Positions 40,276-49,405 of a stretch of DNA of 64,000 bases are shown here, piece after piece. How positions within the stretch are numbered: the first letter of the stretch is position 1; the number at the start of each line of letters is the position of its first letter. A program made the translations under genes and the position numbers. The notes below the pieces were generated by a model. That model was not told where the DNA came from. It did no database searches and worked only from the letters and a program-made list of their open reading frames with translations. Source of the stretch: an uncultured Candidatus Saccharibacteria bacterium (GTDB lineage: Bacteria; Patescibacteriota; UBA1384; JAMDBS01; DAOVQR01); contig CAYZSW010000004.1 in the NCBI GenBank assembly GCA_964481135.1, forward strand, positions 20,110 to 84,109, in the 5' to 3' direction.

Positions 40276-40619
40276 ATGAGCTTTTATCCGCCAATCCAAA
40301 TATGGCTAGGAATACAGGGAGATTATAATGAATTCCAAGAAAAAATTCCAACTGAGGTATTTATTGATTTAATGGATAAAATTCAATAATCCGAATCGCG
40401 CCCGAGTTGGATCTTGAATTGTTTTTTAACCAGCAGCAAAAAATAATAGGGATAGGGATTGAAATACTATTTTTTGACTTAAACGATAGCATAACAAATA
40501 TCAAAAAAGAGGAAATTGATCCCAATAACCCCAAATATAATTTATTAAAAGAACAATTCCGAGCTTGGAGATTGAGCGATGACATAAAAATTTATGTCAG
40601 CTGTCCAGGATATTACTGA
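40276..40619 (+). pseudogene. Probable frameshifted hypothetical gene
   Basis: AAGGAGG RBS and ATG at 40276, stop at 40389; one extra A near 40380 would join it to the 40407-40619 frame. Confidence 0.5.
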
Positions 40620-40695
40620 GATTTCTGCCAAGATTTAATCTTGGCATGGTCACCTGAAAGTAAGATATTTGGAACGCATATTCGCGTTCCTTTTT

Positions 40696-41403
40696 TTATT
40701 GATTCTTTCTCCAATTATTAATTTTTTCATGATTTCCACTTAGTAATACATCAGGAGTTTTAAGGTTAGTACATTCTGTTGAAAGCGGTTTATAGTTAGC
40801 AGGTTTGGTGTATTGTGGGAATTGTATATATCCTTTTTTACTATGAGTTTCATTTTTTAAAGATTCATTATTTATCACTCCTGGTATAAGTCGTGTTACA
40901 GCATCAATAATTGCCATTGCTGGGATTTCGCCTCCGGTTAAAACAAAATCTCCTAGAGATATTTCCATATCAACTAGTTGCCTTATTCTTTCATCAAAAC
41001 CACCATAATGACCACAAATGAGTATGATGTGGGAATAACAAGAAAAAGTTTTCGCTATCTTTTGAGTAAATTTTTTGCCCTTTGGAGTTAAGAGGATTAT
41101 TTTACATGTTGAAGTTGCTCTATCGCTTTGTTTGCCCGAGTTGCATTTAGAACAACTAGAGCAACTGGAACAATTAGAACATATATCAGCTATTGCATGA
41201 TCTACTACATCTACTTTTAATATCATTCCGGCGCCTCCACCATAAGGAGTATCATCAACCGTTCCATGTTTATCAGTAGCCCAATCTCTTAAATTGTAAG
41301 TATTTATTTCAGCTAGTTTTTTATTTTGTGCTCGCTTAATAATCGATTCTGCTAAGATCGGTTTAAACATTTTTGGAAATAATGTTAAAATATCAATTTT
41401 CAT
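40696..41403 (-). CDS. trmD: tRNA (guanine-N1)-methyltransferase
   Basis: VDDTPYGGGAGM, SLGDFVLTGGE, LLSGNH. Confidence 0.96.
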   Translation of the reverse strand: MKIDILTLFPKMFKPILAESIIKRAQNKKLAEINTYNLRDWATDKHGTVDDTPYGGGAGMILKVDVVDHAIADICSNCSSCSSCSKCNSGKQSDRATSTCKIILLTPKGKKFTQKIAKTFSCYSHIILICGHYGGFDERIRQLVDMEISLGDFVLTGGEIPAMAIIDAVTRLIPGVINNESLKNETHSKKGYIQFPQYTKPANYKPLSTECTNLKTPDVLLSGNHEKINNWRKNQ

Positions 41404-41499
41404 AAAATTAATTTTAATTTAATTAATAATATTAATAAACAAAAGACCACCTGTAAAAGATTGTGGTGATCTTTTGTAAAATATATAAAATTTTATTTT

Positions 41500-41820
41500 T
41501 TATAATACTTCAGTTGCTTTTTCTTCTTTATCTTCTGGTTTTTCTTCTCTTTTAGGTTCTGGTCGTGAGCCACCTTCTGGTTCGGTAATTTTTAAATTTA
41601 TTCGTGAATTATTTTTTGCTCCAAGTACACGAAGTAATGTTCGTAAAGCTTTTGCAGTTCTTCCTTCTTTTCCAATAACTTTACCCATATCTTCAGGATT
41701 AATTGAAAGTTCAATTAAAACTCCCATTTCATCAACTTTTCTTTCTACTTTTACATCATCTGGGTTATCTACAAATGATTTAACAACATATTCAACAAAT
41801 TCTTGATCTTTTTCTGCCAT
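41500..41820 (-). CDS. khpA: KH-domain RNA-binding protein
   Basis: DMGKVIGKEGRTAKALR; located between rpsP and trmD. Confidence 0.9.
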   Translation of the reverse strand: MAEKDQEFVEYVVKSFVDNPDDVKVERKVDEMGVLIELSINPEDMGKVIGKEGRTAKALRTLLRVLGAKNNSRINLKITEPEGGSRPEPKREEKPEDKEEKATEVL

Positions 41821-41891
41821 TGTTAACTCCTTATCGCTCATATTTGAGCCTAATTAATCCGCTACAATAACGGACTTATTAATATCTGTTA

Positions 41892-42377
41892 TCATTTATT
41901 TTCATCTTTAGAATCTTTTTCTTCACTACCTGATCGACCGTCTGTAGTGTTAGATTCTTGTGATTTTTCCTCGTCACTCATTTTTTGTTTTTCTTGAGCT
42001 TCTTGTTCATTTTTTGCTTCAAGTTCTGCTTTAGATTTTTCTTTTTCGGCAACCTCTTTTGCTTTTTGAACTTCTTTTTCTTTCTTTTCTGCTTCTATTT
42101 GTTTTTTACTTTTTGATTTAAAAATTTTTATTACAATGGATTTATGTTTGATTCCTTCTTTCTTTAAAATTTTTGCAACAGTGTTGGAGGGTTTTGCTCC
42201 ATTGTTTAACCATTTTAAGGTTTCTTCTTTATTTAAAACAATTATTTTTTTTCTAGGGTCATAATTGCCTAGTAAATAAATATAACTACCTTTTACTGGA
42301 GCAGAATGTTCTGCTACAACAATTCGGTAGTATGGTTGATGTTTTTTTCCGCCTCTTTTTAATCTAATTCTTAACAT
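41892..42377 (-). CDS. rpsP: 30S ribosomal protein S16
   Basis: IRLKRGGKKHQPYYRIVV, GAKPS.TV; charged C-terminal tail. Confidence 0.95.
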   Translation of the reverse strand: MLRIRLKRGGKKHQPYYRIVVAEHSAPVKGSYIYLLGNYDPRKKIIVLNKEETLKWLNNGAKPSNTVAKILKKEGIKHKSIVIKIFKSKSKKQIEAEKKEKEVQKAKEVAEKEKSKAELEAKNEQEAQEKQKMSDEEKSQESNTTDGRSGSEEKDSKDENK

Positions 42378-42443
42378 TATTACCTTTCTTTACATAACCG
42401 CCATTGTGCGGGTCTTTACTTTGATTTTCTAAAGATAATCTTA

Positions 42444-43427
42444 TCATAAAATATACAATTTGTCAATAATTTTTTGAGGTAAATTTTTTTTATAACCGTT
42501 TAAAAATTGAGTCCAAGTAATATTTTTTTTACCTTCTGGTGTAATTTTTTTTATTTGAATTTTGTTGTTAATTAATTGGGCTTTAGTAATTTTAAATATT
42601 TTATTGTCAATTTTTGTATATGCTCCAGGAGAGGGATTAAATGCATTAATTTTTTGCATTATTTTAATAGCGGGTTTGTTCCAATTTATTAAAGCATCTT
42701 GTTTTTTAATCATTTTGCAATAAGTTGATTTTCGATGATTTTGCGGTTTTGGATTAATTTTTCCTTTAAGATAAAGTTTTAATGATTTAATTAAAAAATC
42801 AGGTCCAATTTTTATTACTTTTTCGTATAAATTTTCCAAGTTATCATAATTAGAAATATTTATTTCAGTTTGATTAATAATGGGTCCGTGATCCATTTTT
42901 TCGTCTAATTTCATTATTGAAATTCCTGTTTTGTTATCACCTGCTAAAATTGCAGCGCGAAGGGGATCGGGTCCTCGATATTTAGGTAAAATTGATGGGT
43001 GAACATTAATAATACCTTCTGGAAATAAATCAATAATCTCTTTTGGAATAATTTTGCCATAAGCAACAAGTACTCCAACATCTGGTTGAAGTTTAGTTAT
43101 CAGCTTACAGCTATCAGCAGTCAGCTTATTAAATTTAAAAACAGGAATTTTATTGTTGTTTTGAAAATTTTGATCATTCTCTGAGTTAAATAGAATCTTA
43201 TTATTGTTCGTGCGAAGTCGAGAACTTTCTATAATCTTATCATTTTGATTTTGGATTTTGCATAAATATTCAGCAATTGGCGATTGTTTAAGCTGTTGTC
43301 CTCTTCCGCTTTTTTTATCTTCCCCAGTCACAACTCCAACAACCTCAAAATCAGCATCTTTTAAAAGTGTTTCTAAAAAAGGTACAGAAAATTCTGGTGT
43401 TCCAAAAAATACTACTTTATATTTCAT
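42444..43427 (-). CDS. fmt: Methionyl-tRNA formyltransferase
   Basis: FFGTPEF, INVHPSILPKYRG, MDHG. Confidence 0.95.
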   Translation of the reverse strand: MKYKVVFFGTPEFSVPFLETLLKDADFEVVGVVTGEDKKSGRGQQLKQSPIAEYLCKIQNQNDKIIESSRLRTNNNKILFNSENDQNFQNNNKIPVFKFNKLTADSCKLITKLQPDVGVLVAYGKIIPKEIIDLFPEGIINVHPSILPKYRGPDPLRAAILAGDNKTGISIMKLDEKMDHGPIINQTEINISNYDNLENLYEKVIKIGPDFLIKSLKLYLKGKINPKPQNHRKSTYCKMIKKQDALINWNKPAIKIMQKINAFNPSPGAYTKIDNKIFKITKAQLINNKIQIKKITPEGKKNITWTQFLNGYKKNLPQKIIDKLYIL

Positions 43428-43437
43428 ATAACAATTG

Positions 43438-43998
43438 TTATTTTATTATATTTTTAGATTTTTCATCGAGTATTTGTTTATTTTGTTTTTCACGAAGTCG
43501 TTTTAAAGTTTTTTTATCCGTTCTGTCATAAATTAATATTCCATCAAGATGATCTATTTCGTGTAAAAGTACTCGCGCAAGTAAACCCTTTGCTCTAATT
43601 TTTACTCTATGTCCATCTAAATCTGTTGCTAAAATATTTGCAGCTAAGGGTCTTTTAACTGGTAGCTCGACATCCGGACACGAAAGACACCCTTCTTTCA
43701 TAATACTAGTTTGGCGAGATTTTAATGTAACTTTAGGATTAACTAAAATGAGCGTTGGAATTTGTTCGTTGTCTTTTAGTTTTTCTTGTGTTTCTTGGTC
43801 TGCGTCTTTAGGTATTTCGTAACCAGTAACTAAAAGGCGAATTGGAATACCTAGTTGAATTGCAGATAATCCAACACCTTTATTTTCTTTCATAATTTTT
43901 ATCATATTTAAAGCTAGTTCGCGAATTTCTTTTGTAACTTTACGAACTTTTTTTGATTTTTGTTTCAGTTTTTTGTCTGGATAAGTTAATATTTTCAT
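43438..43998 (-). CDS. def: Peptide deformylase
   Basis: GVGLSAIQ, EGCLS, HEIDHLDG. Confidence 0.97.
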   Translation of the reverse strand: MKILTYPDKKLKQKSKKVRKVTKEIRELALNMIKIMKENKGVGLSAIQLGIPIRLLVTGYEIPKDADQETQEKLKDNEQIPTLILVNPKVTLKSRQTSIMKEGCLSCPDVELPVKRPLAANILATDLDGHRVKIRAKGLLARVLLHEIDHLDGILIYDRTDKKTLKRLREKQNKQILDEKSKNIIK

Positions 43999-44014
43999 TT
44001 TTAATAAATTTTAA

Positions 44015-44091
44015 ATGTTTCAAAGGTTTCAAAGGTGTATCAATAATTTTGTCTTATAACACTTTTGATACTTATGAGACCTATGATGCAT
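44015..44091. repeat. Inverted degenerate 9-mer arrays, empty
   Basis: TGTTTCAAA GGTTTCAAA GGTGTATCA ... TTTGATAC TTATGAGAC CTATGATGC. Confidence 0.7.
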
Positions 44092-45104
44092 TATTTACTA
44101 AATCCCTTTGGATTTTCTTTATGCCATTTATATGCTGTTTTGATAATAGATTCGATAGTATCATATTTTGGTTTCCATTTCAATTCTTTTTTTGCATTTG
44201 AGGCATCTGCAATAAGTTTAGCCGGGTCTCCTGCTCGACGCGGCCCGTATTCAACATTAAAATCAACACCAGAAACCTTTTTAACCGCGTTTACAAGTTC
44301 TAAATTAGAAAATCCTTTCCCTAGTCCTAAATTAAAGACATAGCATCTATTTTTTTCTTTGATAAGTTTTAATGCTTTAACATGGGCTGATGCTAGGTCT
44401 TCTACATGAATATAATCTCTAACGCATGTTTTATCTTTTGTTTTGTAATCTTTACCAAATATTGTAAATTTTTTTCTTTTACCTATTGCAGTTTCGATTA
44501 TTAATGGGATTATATGTGTTTCCGGATCATGATTTTCTCCAATTAAACCATCAAAAGATGCGCCCGCTGCATTAAAATATCTAAGAACACAAAAATTAAT
44601 TCCATAAGCTATATAAAATCTAACCAAAACTTCTTCAAAAATTAATTTTGTTGTACCGTAAGTGTTTACAGGTGCCTTTGGATCAGTTTCTTTGATGGGA
44701 ATTTTTTTTGGTTCACCATAAACTCCAGCGCTCGAAGAAAAAACAATATGTTTGATATTATTTAATACCATTGCGTCAAGTAGTATTGTACCAGCACAAA
44801 CATTGTTGTAGAAATATTTACCAGGTGACTGAACTGATTCTCCAACCTGTATTGACCCGGCAAAATGAATAACTGCGTCAATTTTTTCATTTTTCATTAA
44901 ATTACTTAATTTATTAAATTCATTTATATTACCTTTTACAAATTTGATTTTTTTTGATTTTAATTTTGAGTTAATTTTTTCGATTGCTTGTTGATGTCCA
45001 CTCGAAAGATCATCATAAACAATTATATTGTTATAATGTTTTATTAATTCACGAACGGTATGAGATCCAATATATCCTGCCCCACCTGTTACTAAAATAT
45101 TCAT
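44091..45104 (-). CDS. galE: UDP-glucose 4-epimerase
   Basis: TGGAGYIGSH, YGTTK, LRYFNAAGA, VRDYIHV. Confidence 0.95.
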   Translation of the reverse strand: MNILVTGGAGYIGSHTVRELIKHYNNIIVYDDLSSGHQQAIEKINSKLKSKKIKFVKGNINEFNKLSNLMKNEKIDAVIHFAGSIQVGESVQSPGKYFYNNVCAGTILLDAMVLNNIKHIVFSSSAGVYGEPKKIPIKETDPKAPVNTYGTTKLIFEEVLVRFYIAYGINFCVLRYFNAAGASFDGLIGENHDPETHIIPLIIETAIGKRKKFTIFGKDYKTKDKTCVRDYIHVEDLASAHVKALKLIKEKNRCYVFNLGLGKGFSNLELVNAVKKVSGVDFNVEYGPRRAGDPAKLIADASNAKKELKWKPKYDTIESIIKTAYKWHKENPKGFSK

Positions 45105-45183
45105 TTATAACCTCCATTTAATTGCAACATTGCTATTAGTATATATTAATTTTGGCGTTGTTTTATGATTATGATGTTAAAAA

Positions 45184-46341
45184 TTATTTATTCTGATGTA
45201 TTTTAATTGTTTTTTCGTAAGCTTTAAGCATTGTACGGGAAGTTTCCAGTATCGAATATTGTTGAGCAGTTTTTTTCGCTGTAATTGATAATTTTTGATG
45301 TAATTTCTTGTTTTCTAAAACTTTTATAACTTTTTGTGCATAACCATTAATATTATCTTTAGAAACTAACCCCTCTTTATTATTTGTAACGATATCACCA
45401 GTTCCAGGTGCTTTAACAATTACTATAGGTAATCCGGCAGCTAAACCTTCTAAAATTGTTAGAGGGTGAACTTCTGACTTACTTGCTGTAACATAAATTG
45501 TTGCTAGATTTAAATAGTCAGGCATGTCTTCGTAAGGAATAAAATCAGTTATTATTGCTTTAGTTGAAAGATTTTTTTTATTAATTAATTGATTAAATTT
45601 ATCAATTTCAACTCCTCCACCAACTAGTAAAAGTTTTGTATTAGGTATTTTTTTGTTGATTTTTTCAAAAGAGTTTATTAAAAATGAAAGATTTTTTTCT
45701 TCCGCAATTCGTCCAGTAAAAACTAAAACTCGATCTGAAGATTTAATGTCATATTTTTTTCTTAAAGAATTTATTTTATTTAAATTACTTTTTTGTTCAA
45801 ATCTTTTAACTTCAATACCATTTGGAACTATAAATATTGGAGTTTTTATTCTGTAAGATTCTAATTTTCTTTGAATTCCTGGCGCAGGAGCAATAATTAA
45901 ATCCACCTTTTGAGTAAATTTTTTAATATATTCAATAAGTTGTTTTTTTACAAATTTTTTAGAAAAAGGAATATAGTGTAAATATTGATCGTATTGAGTA
46001 TGATTGGTAAAGGCAATTGGAATATTAAATTTTTTAGCAGTTTTAGAGGCAATGTCTCCCATAATAAAAGGATGTTGAACATGAATTATATCCATTGTTT
46101 TAGCTATATTAAGAACTTTTTTTTCCAAAGGAAAAATATAATGATAACCACTTTTACCTGGTAATTGCCATGATTTGCAGTATATTACTTTTTTATCATT
46201 GGGCTTAGTGTCAGTATAAGTAGGACAAAAAATATAAACATCATGCCCGAGTTTAGTAAGTCCTTCTTTAAAACCAATTACAGAATTTACAACCCCGTTT
46301 AATAAAGGTTTGTAACATTCAGTGAAAATTCCAATACGCAT
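45184..46341 (-). CDS. GT4 family glycosyltransferase (MGDG synthase-like)
   Basis: NGVVNSV, HTQY..Y.HY, GRIAEEKN, E...L..LEGLAAGLP. Confidence 0.9.
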   Translation of the reverse strand: MRIGIFTECYKPLLNGVVNSVIGFKEGLTKLGHDVYIFCPTYTDTKPNDKKVIYCKSWQLPGKSGYHYIFPLEKKVLNIAKTMDIIHVQHPFIMGDIASKTAKKFNIPIAFTNHTQYDQYLHYIPFSKKFVKKQLIEYIKKFTQKVDLIIAPAPGIQRKLESYRIKTPIFIVPNGIEVKRFEQKSNLNKINSLRKKYDIKSSDRVLVFTGRIAEEKNLSFLINSFEKINKKIPNTKLLLVGGGVEIDKFNQLINKKNLSTKAIITDFIPYEDMPDYLNLATIYVTASKSEVHPLTILEGLAAGLPIVIVKAPGTGDIVTNNKEGLVSKDNINGYAQKVIKVLENKKLHQKLSITAKKTAQQYSILETSRTMLKAYEKTIKIHQNK

Positions 46342-46349
46342 ATGCTCCT

Positions 46350-46445
46350 TTCACACAAATTTATACACATTAGAACATAAATTCACACATAACTTCGGTA
46401 GCGTGTATTTTCGTGTTCATGTTTGTGTATGTCTATGTATTTTCA
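46350..46445. repeat. Inverted degenerate ACAC/GTGT arrays, empty
   Basis: TCACACAAA, TACACAT, AACATAAA, TCACACATA mirrored by GCGTGTA, TTCGTGT, TTTGTGTA, CTATGTA. Confidence 0.65.
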
Positions 46446-48323
46446 TTATAACAAACTTATTGGGTCTACATCTACACTTACTCCTTGTGGAAGAGATTCA
46501 ATAATTTGTTTTAGTTGTTCTTGTTGCTTGTTGCTTGTAACTTGTTGCTTGATAATAATCTGATATCTGTATTTTCCACGACTTTTTTCAATAAAACATG
46601 GTACAGGTCTAATAATTTCTAAATTAGAAATTTCAAATTTCATATTTAAAATTTTATTGTAAATATTAAATATTGTTTTTTTACAAATTTCATTATCCTT
46701 ATCCTGATAAATTATTTTTATAAGTTGTGAATATGGAGGATAATTATATTTTTTTCTTAATAATAATTCATTTTTTAAAAAACCATTAAAGTTATTATTT
46801 ATTAAATATTGGTAAATTTCTTTATCGGGATTTTTTGTTTGAACTATTAACTGTTTTTTGCATTTTTGTATTAATCTAGTGAGCGTAAAATATATATTTT
46901 CCGTTGATTGATAATCTGGTAAATTTAAAATATTATCAATATTAATAATTCCAATTAAATCAGCATTAATGCTAGAATAACTAAATATTTTTTTTGTTGT
47001 AACAATAATATCTGCATCGTAAACATTTTGTGAATTTTTTTCAATTTTAGTAATTTGTGTTTCTGGGAAAAGTTTTTTTATTTCTGATATTACTTTATCA
47101 ATTCCAATACCAAAAGATATAAAACTTGTTCCTTTACAAACAGGACATGTAGATGGGATACTTGATTCTTGGTTGCAGCGATAGCAAATAAATTGAGAAA
47201 CATTTTTTTTCACTAGTGGTAAATCACAATTTAGACACTTAAATTCGTATTTACAGTTTTTACATAATATATTAGAAGACATACCTTTGCGATTTACATA
47301 CAAAATAATTTTTTGTTTATTTTTTAAATTATTTCTAATTTCATTTTCTAAAAACCAAGAGATTATTGTTTTTTCTTTAGATGAATCTATTAGGTTAATA
47401 TTAATATTTGAATTTGTAGTAGAAGAAGCTAGAGATTTTAAATTGATATATTTTTTCTCGTTTATATTAAATTTATCAGAAACGCTTGGACAAGAATCTC
47501 CTAATATTAAATTAATTTTTAATAAACAGGAAAGCCATTTTACAATTTTTAAGCAGTGGTAGTGAGGAGATCGTTCTTCTTTAAATGCAAAATGATGCGG
47601 AGAATCTATTATCATTAATCCTAATTTAGTAATTGGTAGAAATATTGCTGAACGGGTCCCAATTACAATTTGATATTTTCCTGATCTAATATCTAGCCAA
47701 TCTTGATATCTTTGAGTTTTTGTTTTATTTGTGTCATATACTATAACTTTGTCAAATTCAGATTTAATTTTATTTATCAATGGATCATTGCCTAATATTT
47801 CAGGAATTAATATTAAAACACAGTTATTTTTACGAACTACTTTGTTGATTAACTTTAAATATTGTTCTATTCTATTTTCTAGTCGGTCGTATATTGTATA
47901 TATTTTATTTTTGAATGGTTTTTTATCATTACTAATATAATTGTTTTTTTGATTTAAAACAAAATCACTATTTTTCATATTACTTAGAATTCTTTTTGCG
48001 GGCGGAGGAATCATGAAAAAAACAACTTCACCTAAAGATGCCAAATAATAATTGGAGATCATTTCTGCAATTTTTTTTTGGTGCTGATTTAAAACAGGCT
48101 TTTTATCAATAATTTTTGAAATTGATTTAAGTTTAAATTTTATATCACTTTTTTCATGTTTTTTAATATCCCAAATAACTCCAAATATTTTTTTTCTACC
48201 AAAAGGGATTTCAACCAATAATCCAGATTTAATAAATGGTAATTGTTCAGGTTTAATTAGATAGGTGAATTTTTGATTTATTTTTTTGGTTTTAGAATTT
48301 ACAACAATAGATGCATATTGCAT
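46446..48323 (-). CDS. priA: Primosomal protein N'
   Basis: VEIPFG, IGTRSAIF, four CxxC motifs, YPPY, VDVDP. Confidence 0.93.
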   Translation of the reverse strand: MQYASIVVNSKTKKINQKFTYLIKPEQLPFIKSGLLVEIPFGRKKIFGVIWDIKKHEKSDIKFKLKSISKIIDKKPVLNQHQKKIAEMISNYYLASLGEVVFFMIPPPAKRILSNMKNSDFVLNQKNNYISNDKKPFKNKIYTIYDRLENRIEQYLKLINKVVRKNNCVLILIPEILGNDPLINKIKSEFDKVIVYDTNKTKTQRYQDWLDIRSGKYQIVIGTRSAIFLPITKLGLMIIDSPHHFAFKEERSPHYHCLKIVKWLSCLLKINLILGDSCPSVSDKFNINEKKYINLKSLASSTTNSNININLIDSSKEKTIISWFLENEIRNNLKNKQKIILYVNRKGMSSNILCKNCKYEFKCLNCDLPLVKKNVSQFICYRCNQESSIPSTCPVCKGTSFISFGIGIDKVISEIKKLFPETQITKIEKNSQNVYDADIIVTTKKIFSYSSINADLIGIINIDNILNLPDYQSTENIYFTLTRLIQKCKKQLIVQTKNPDKEIYQYLINNNFNGFLKNELLLRKKYNYPPYSQLIKIIYQDKDNEICKKTIFNIYNKILNMKFEISNLEIIRPVPCFIEKSRGKYRYQIIIKQQVTSNKQQEQLKQIIESLPQGVSVDVDPISLL

Positions 48324-48366
48324 ATAATACTCTAATAAATGTTAATTTGATGCGAATTAATGCTAA

Positions 48367-48771
48367 TCAAATTTTATTAATTATTCTTTTTATTTTTACA
48401 TCATTCTTAGTAAATAAAATTAGCATTCCTAATCTTAATTTTTGGGCTTTTAAGTAAGCCCGAATCTGTTCATAATCTTTTTTATAAAAATATTGGCCTA
48501 CTTTTAATTCTAGAATAATTTTATTTTCAATTAAAAAGTCAAGTATGTATTTTCCAATTTTATGATTATCAAATTCTAAATCTATACCTATCTGCTGCGT
48601 ATAGTTTATATGATATTTGTTAAATCTTATTGCGAGAGCTTTTTGATAATATTTTTCTTGATATCCATACCCTAATTCATTATAGACATCATAAATAATC
48701 CCAACAATTTTATAACTTAGTTTAGGGTATACTAAATCGTCTTTAGCATTATCATTATTTAAAATTAGCAT
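48367..48771 (-). CDS. GxxExxY protein (PD-(D/E)xK-like)
   Basis: VYNELGYGYQEKYYQ, D.LIENKIILELK, QIRAYLK. Confidence 0.92.
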   Translation of the reverse strand: MLILNNDNAKDDLVYPKLSYKIVGIIYDVYNELGYGYQEKYYQKALAIRFNKYHINYTQQIGIDLEFDNHKIGKYILDFLIENKIILELKVGQYFYKKDYEQIRAYLKAQKLRLGMLILFTKNDVKIKRIINKI

Positions 48772-48811
48772 ATATTTGCATTGAAATTAGTAATTATTAG
48801 TATGCAAGATA

Positions 48812-49354
48812 TTACTTATGTCTTGTTACTTCAAATCGATATAGATAAACTGGTTCTTCCGGAGAAATTCCAGCTTTTTGACGAGCAATTCCAACTTGTA
48901 GCTCAGCTGTATCGATATCTGGCAAATCAGGTAATAATAATCCTGTGCGGCCGTCTTTACTTTTAACAATTACTCCGTATTTCTTAGTATCTAAAGATGT
49001 AATTCCTTGAATCGGTTCGGGTTTACTTAAAACATCAACAGAAATTTCAAGGTTATTTAATTCCTCTTTTTCTATTGGCTGAAAACGAAAGTCAGATGAA
49101 CAAGCAGAAATTGCATTATCAATAATTTCTTGCGCAATATTTTTTTTAGTTGCTAAAAATGTTCCAATACATCCCCGCAGTTTTTTTTCTGTGTTATTTT
49201 GTGTATTTGTTTGTGTTGATTCGTGTATAGACACAAAAACACCAGATTTTTTTTCTAGCATTTCTTTTGGTAAATTTTTAGGAACATCAATTTTCTTACC
49301 TGTTTTTACATAATTCTCAATTGCAAATTTTGCAAGTTTTGTGTAATTGTCCAT
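48812..49354 (-). CDS. AmmeMemoRadiSam system protein A (AMMECR1 domain)
   Basis: GVFVS, LRGCIGT, D.RF.P, ISVDVL, GLLLP. Confidence 0.93.
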   Translation of the reverse strand: MDNYTKLAKFAIENYVKTGKKIDVPKNLPKEMLEKKSGVFVSIHESTQTNTQNNTEKKLRGCIGTFLATKKNIAQEIIDNAISACSSDFRFQPIEKEELNNLEISVDVLSKPEPIQGITSLDTKKYGVIVKSKDGRTGLLLPDLPDIDTAELQVGIARQKAGISPEEPVYLYRFEVTRHK

Positions 49355-49405
49355 AATTATTTTTTTTCTGTTAGTAGACAGTTCTTATCAATATTTTACT
49401 AATAA

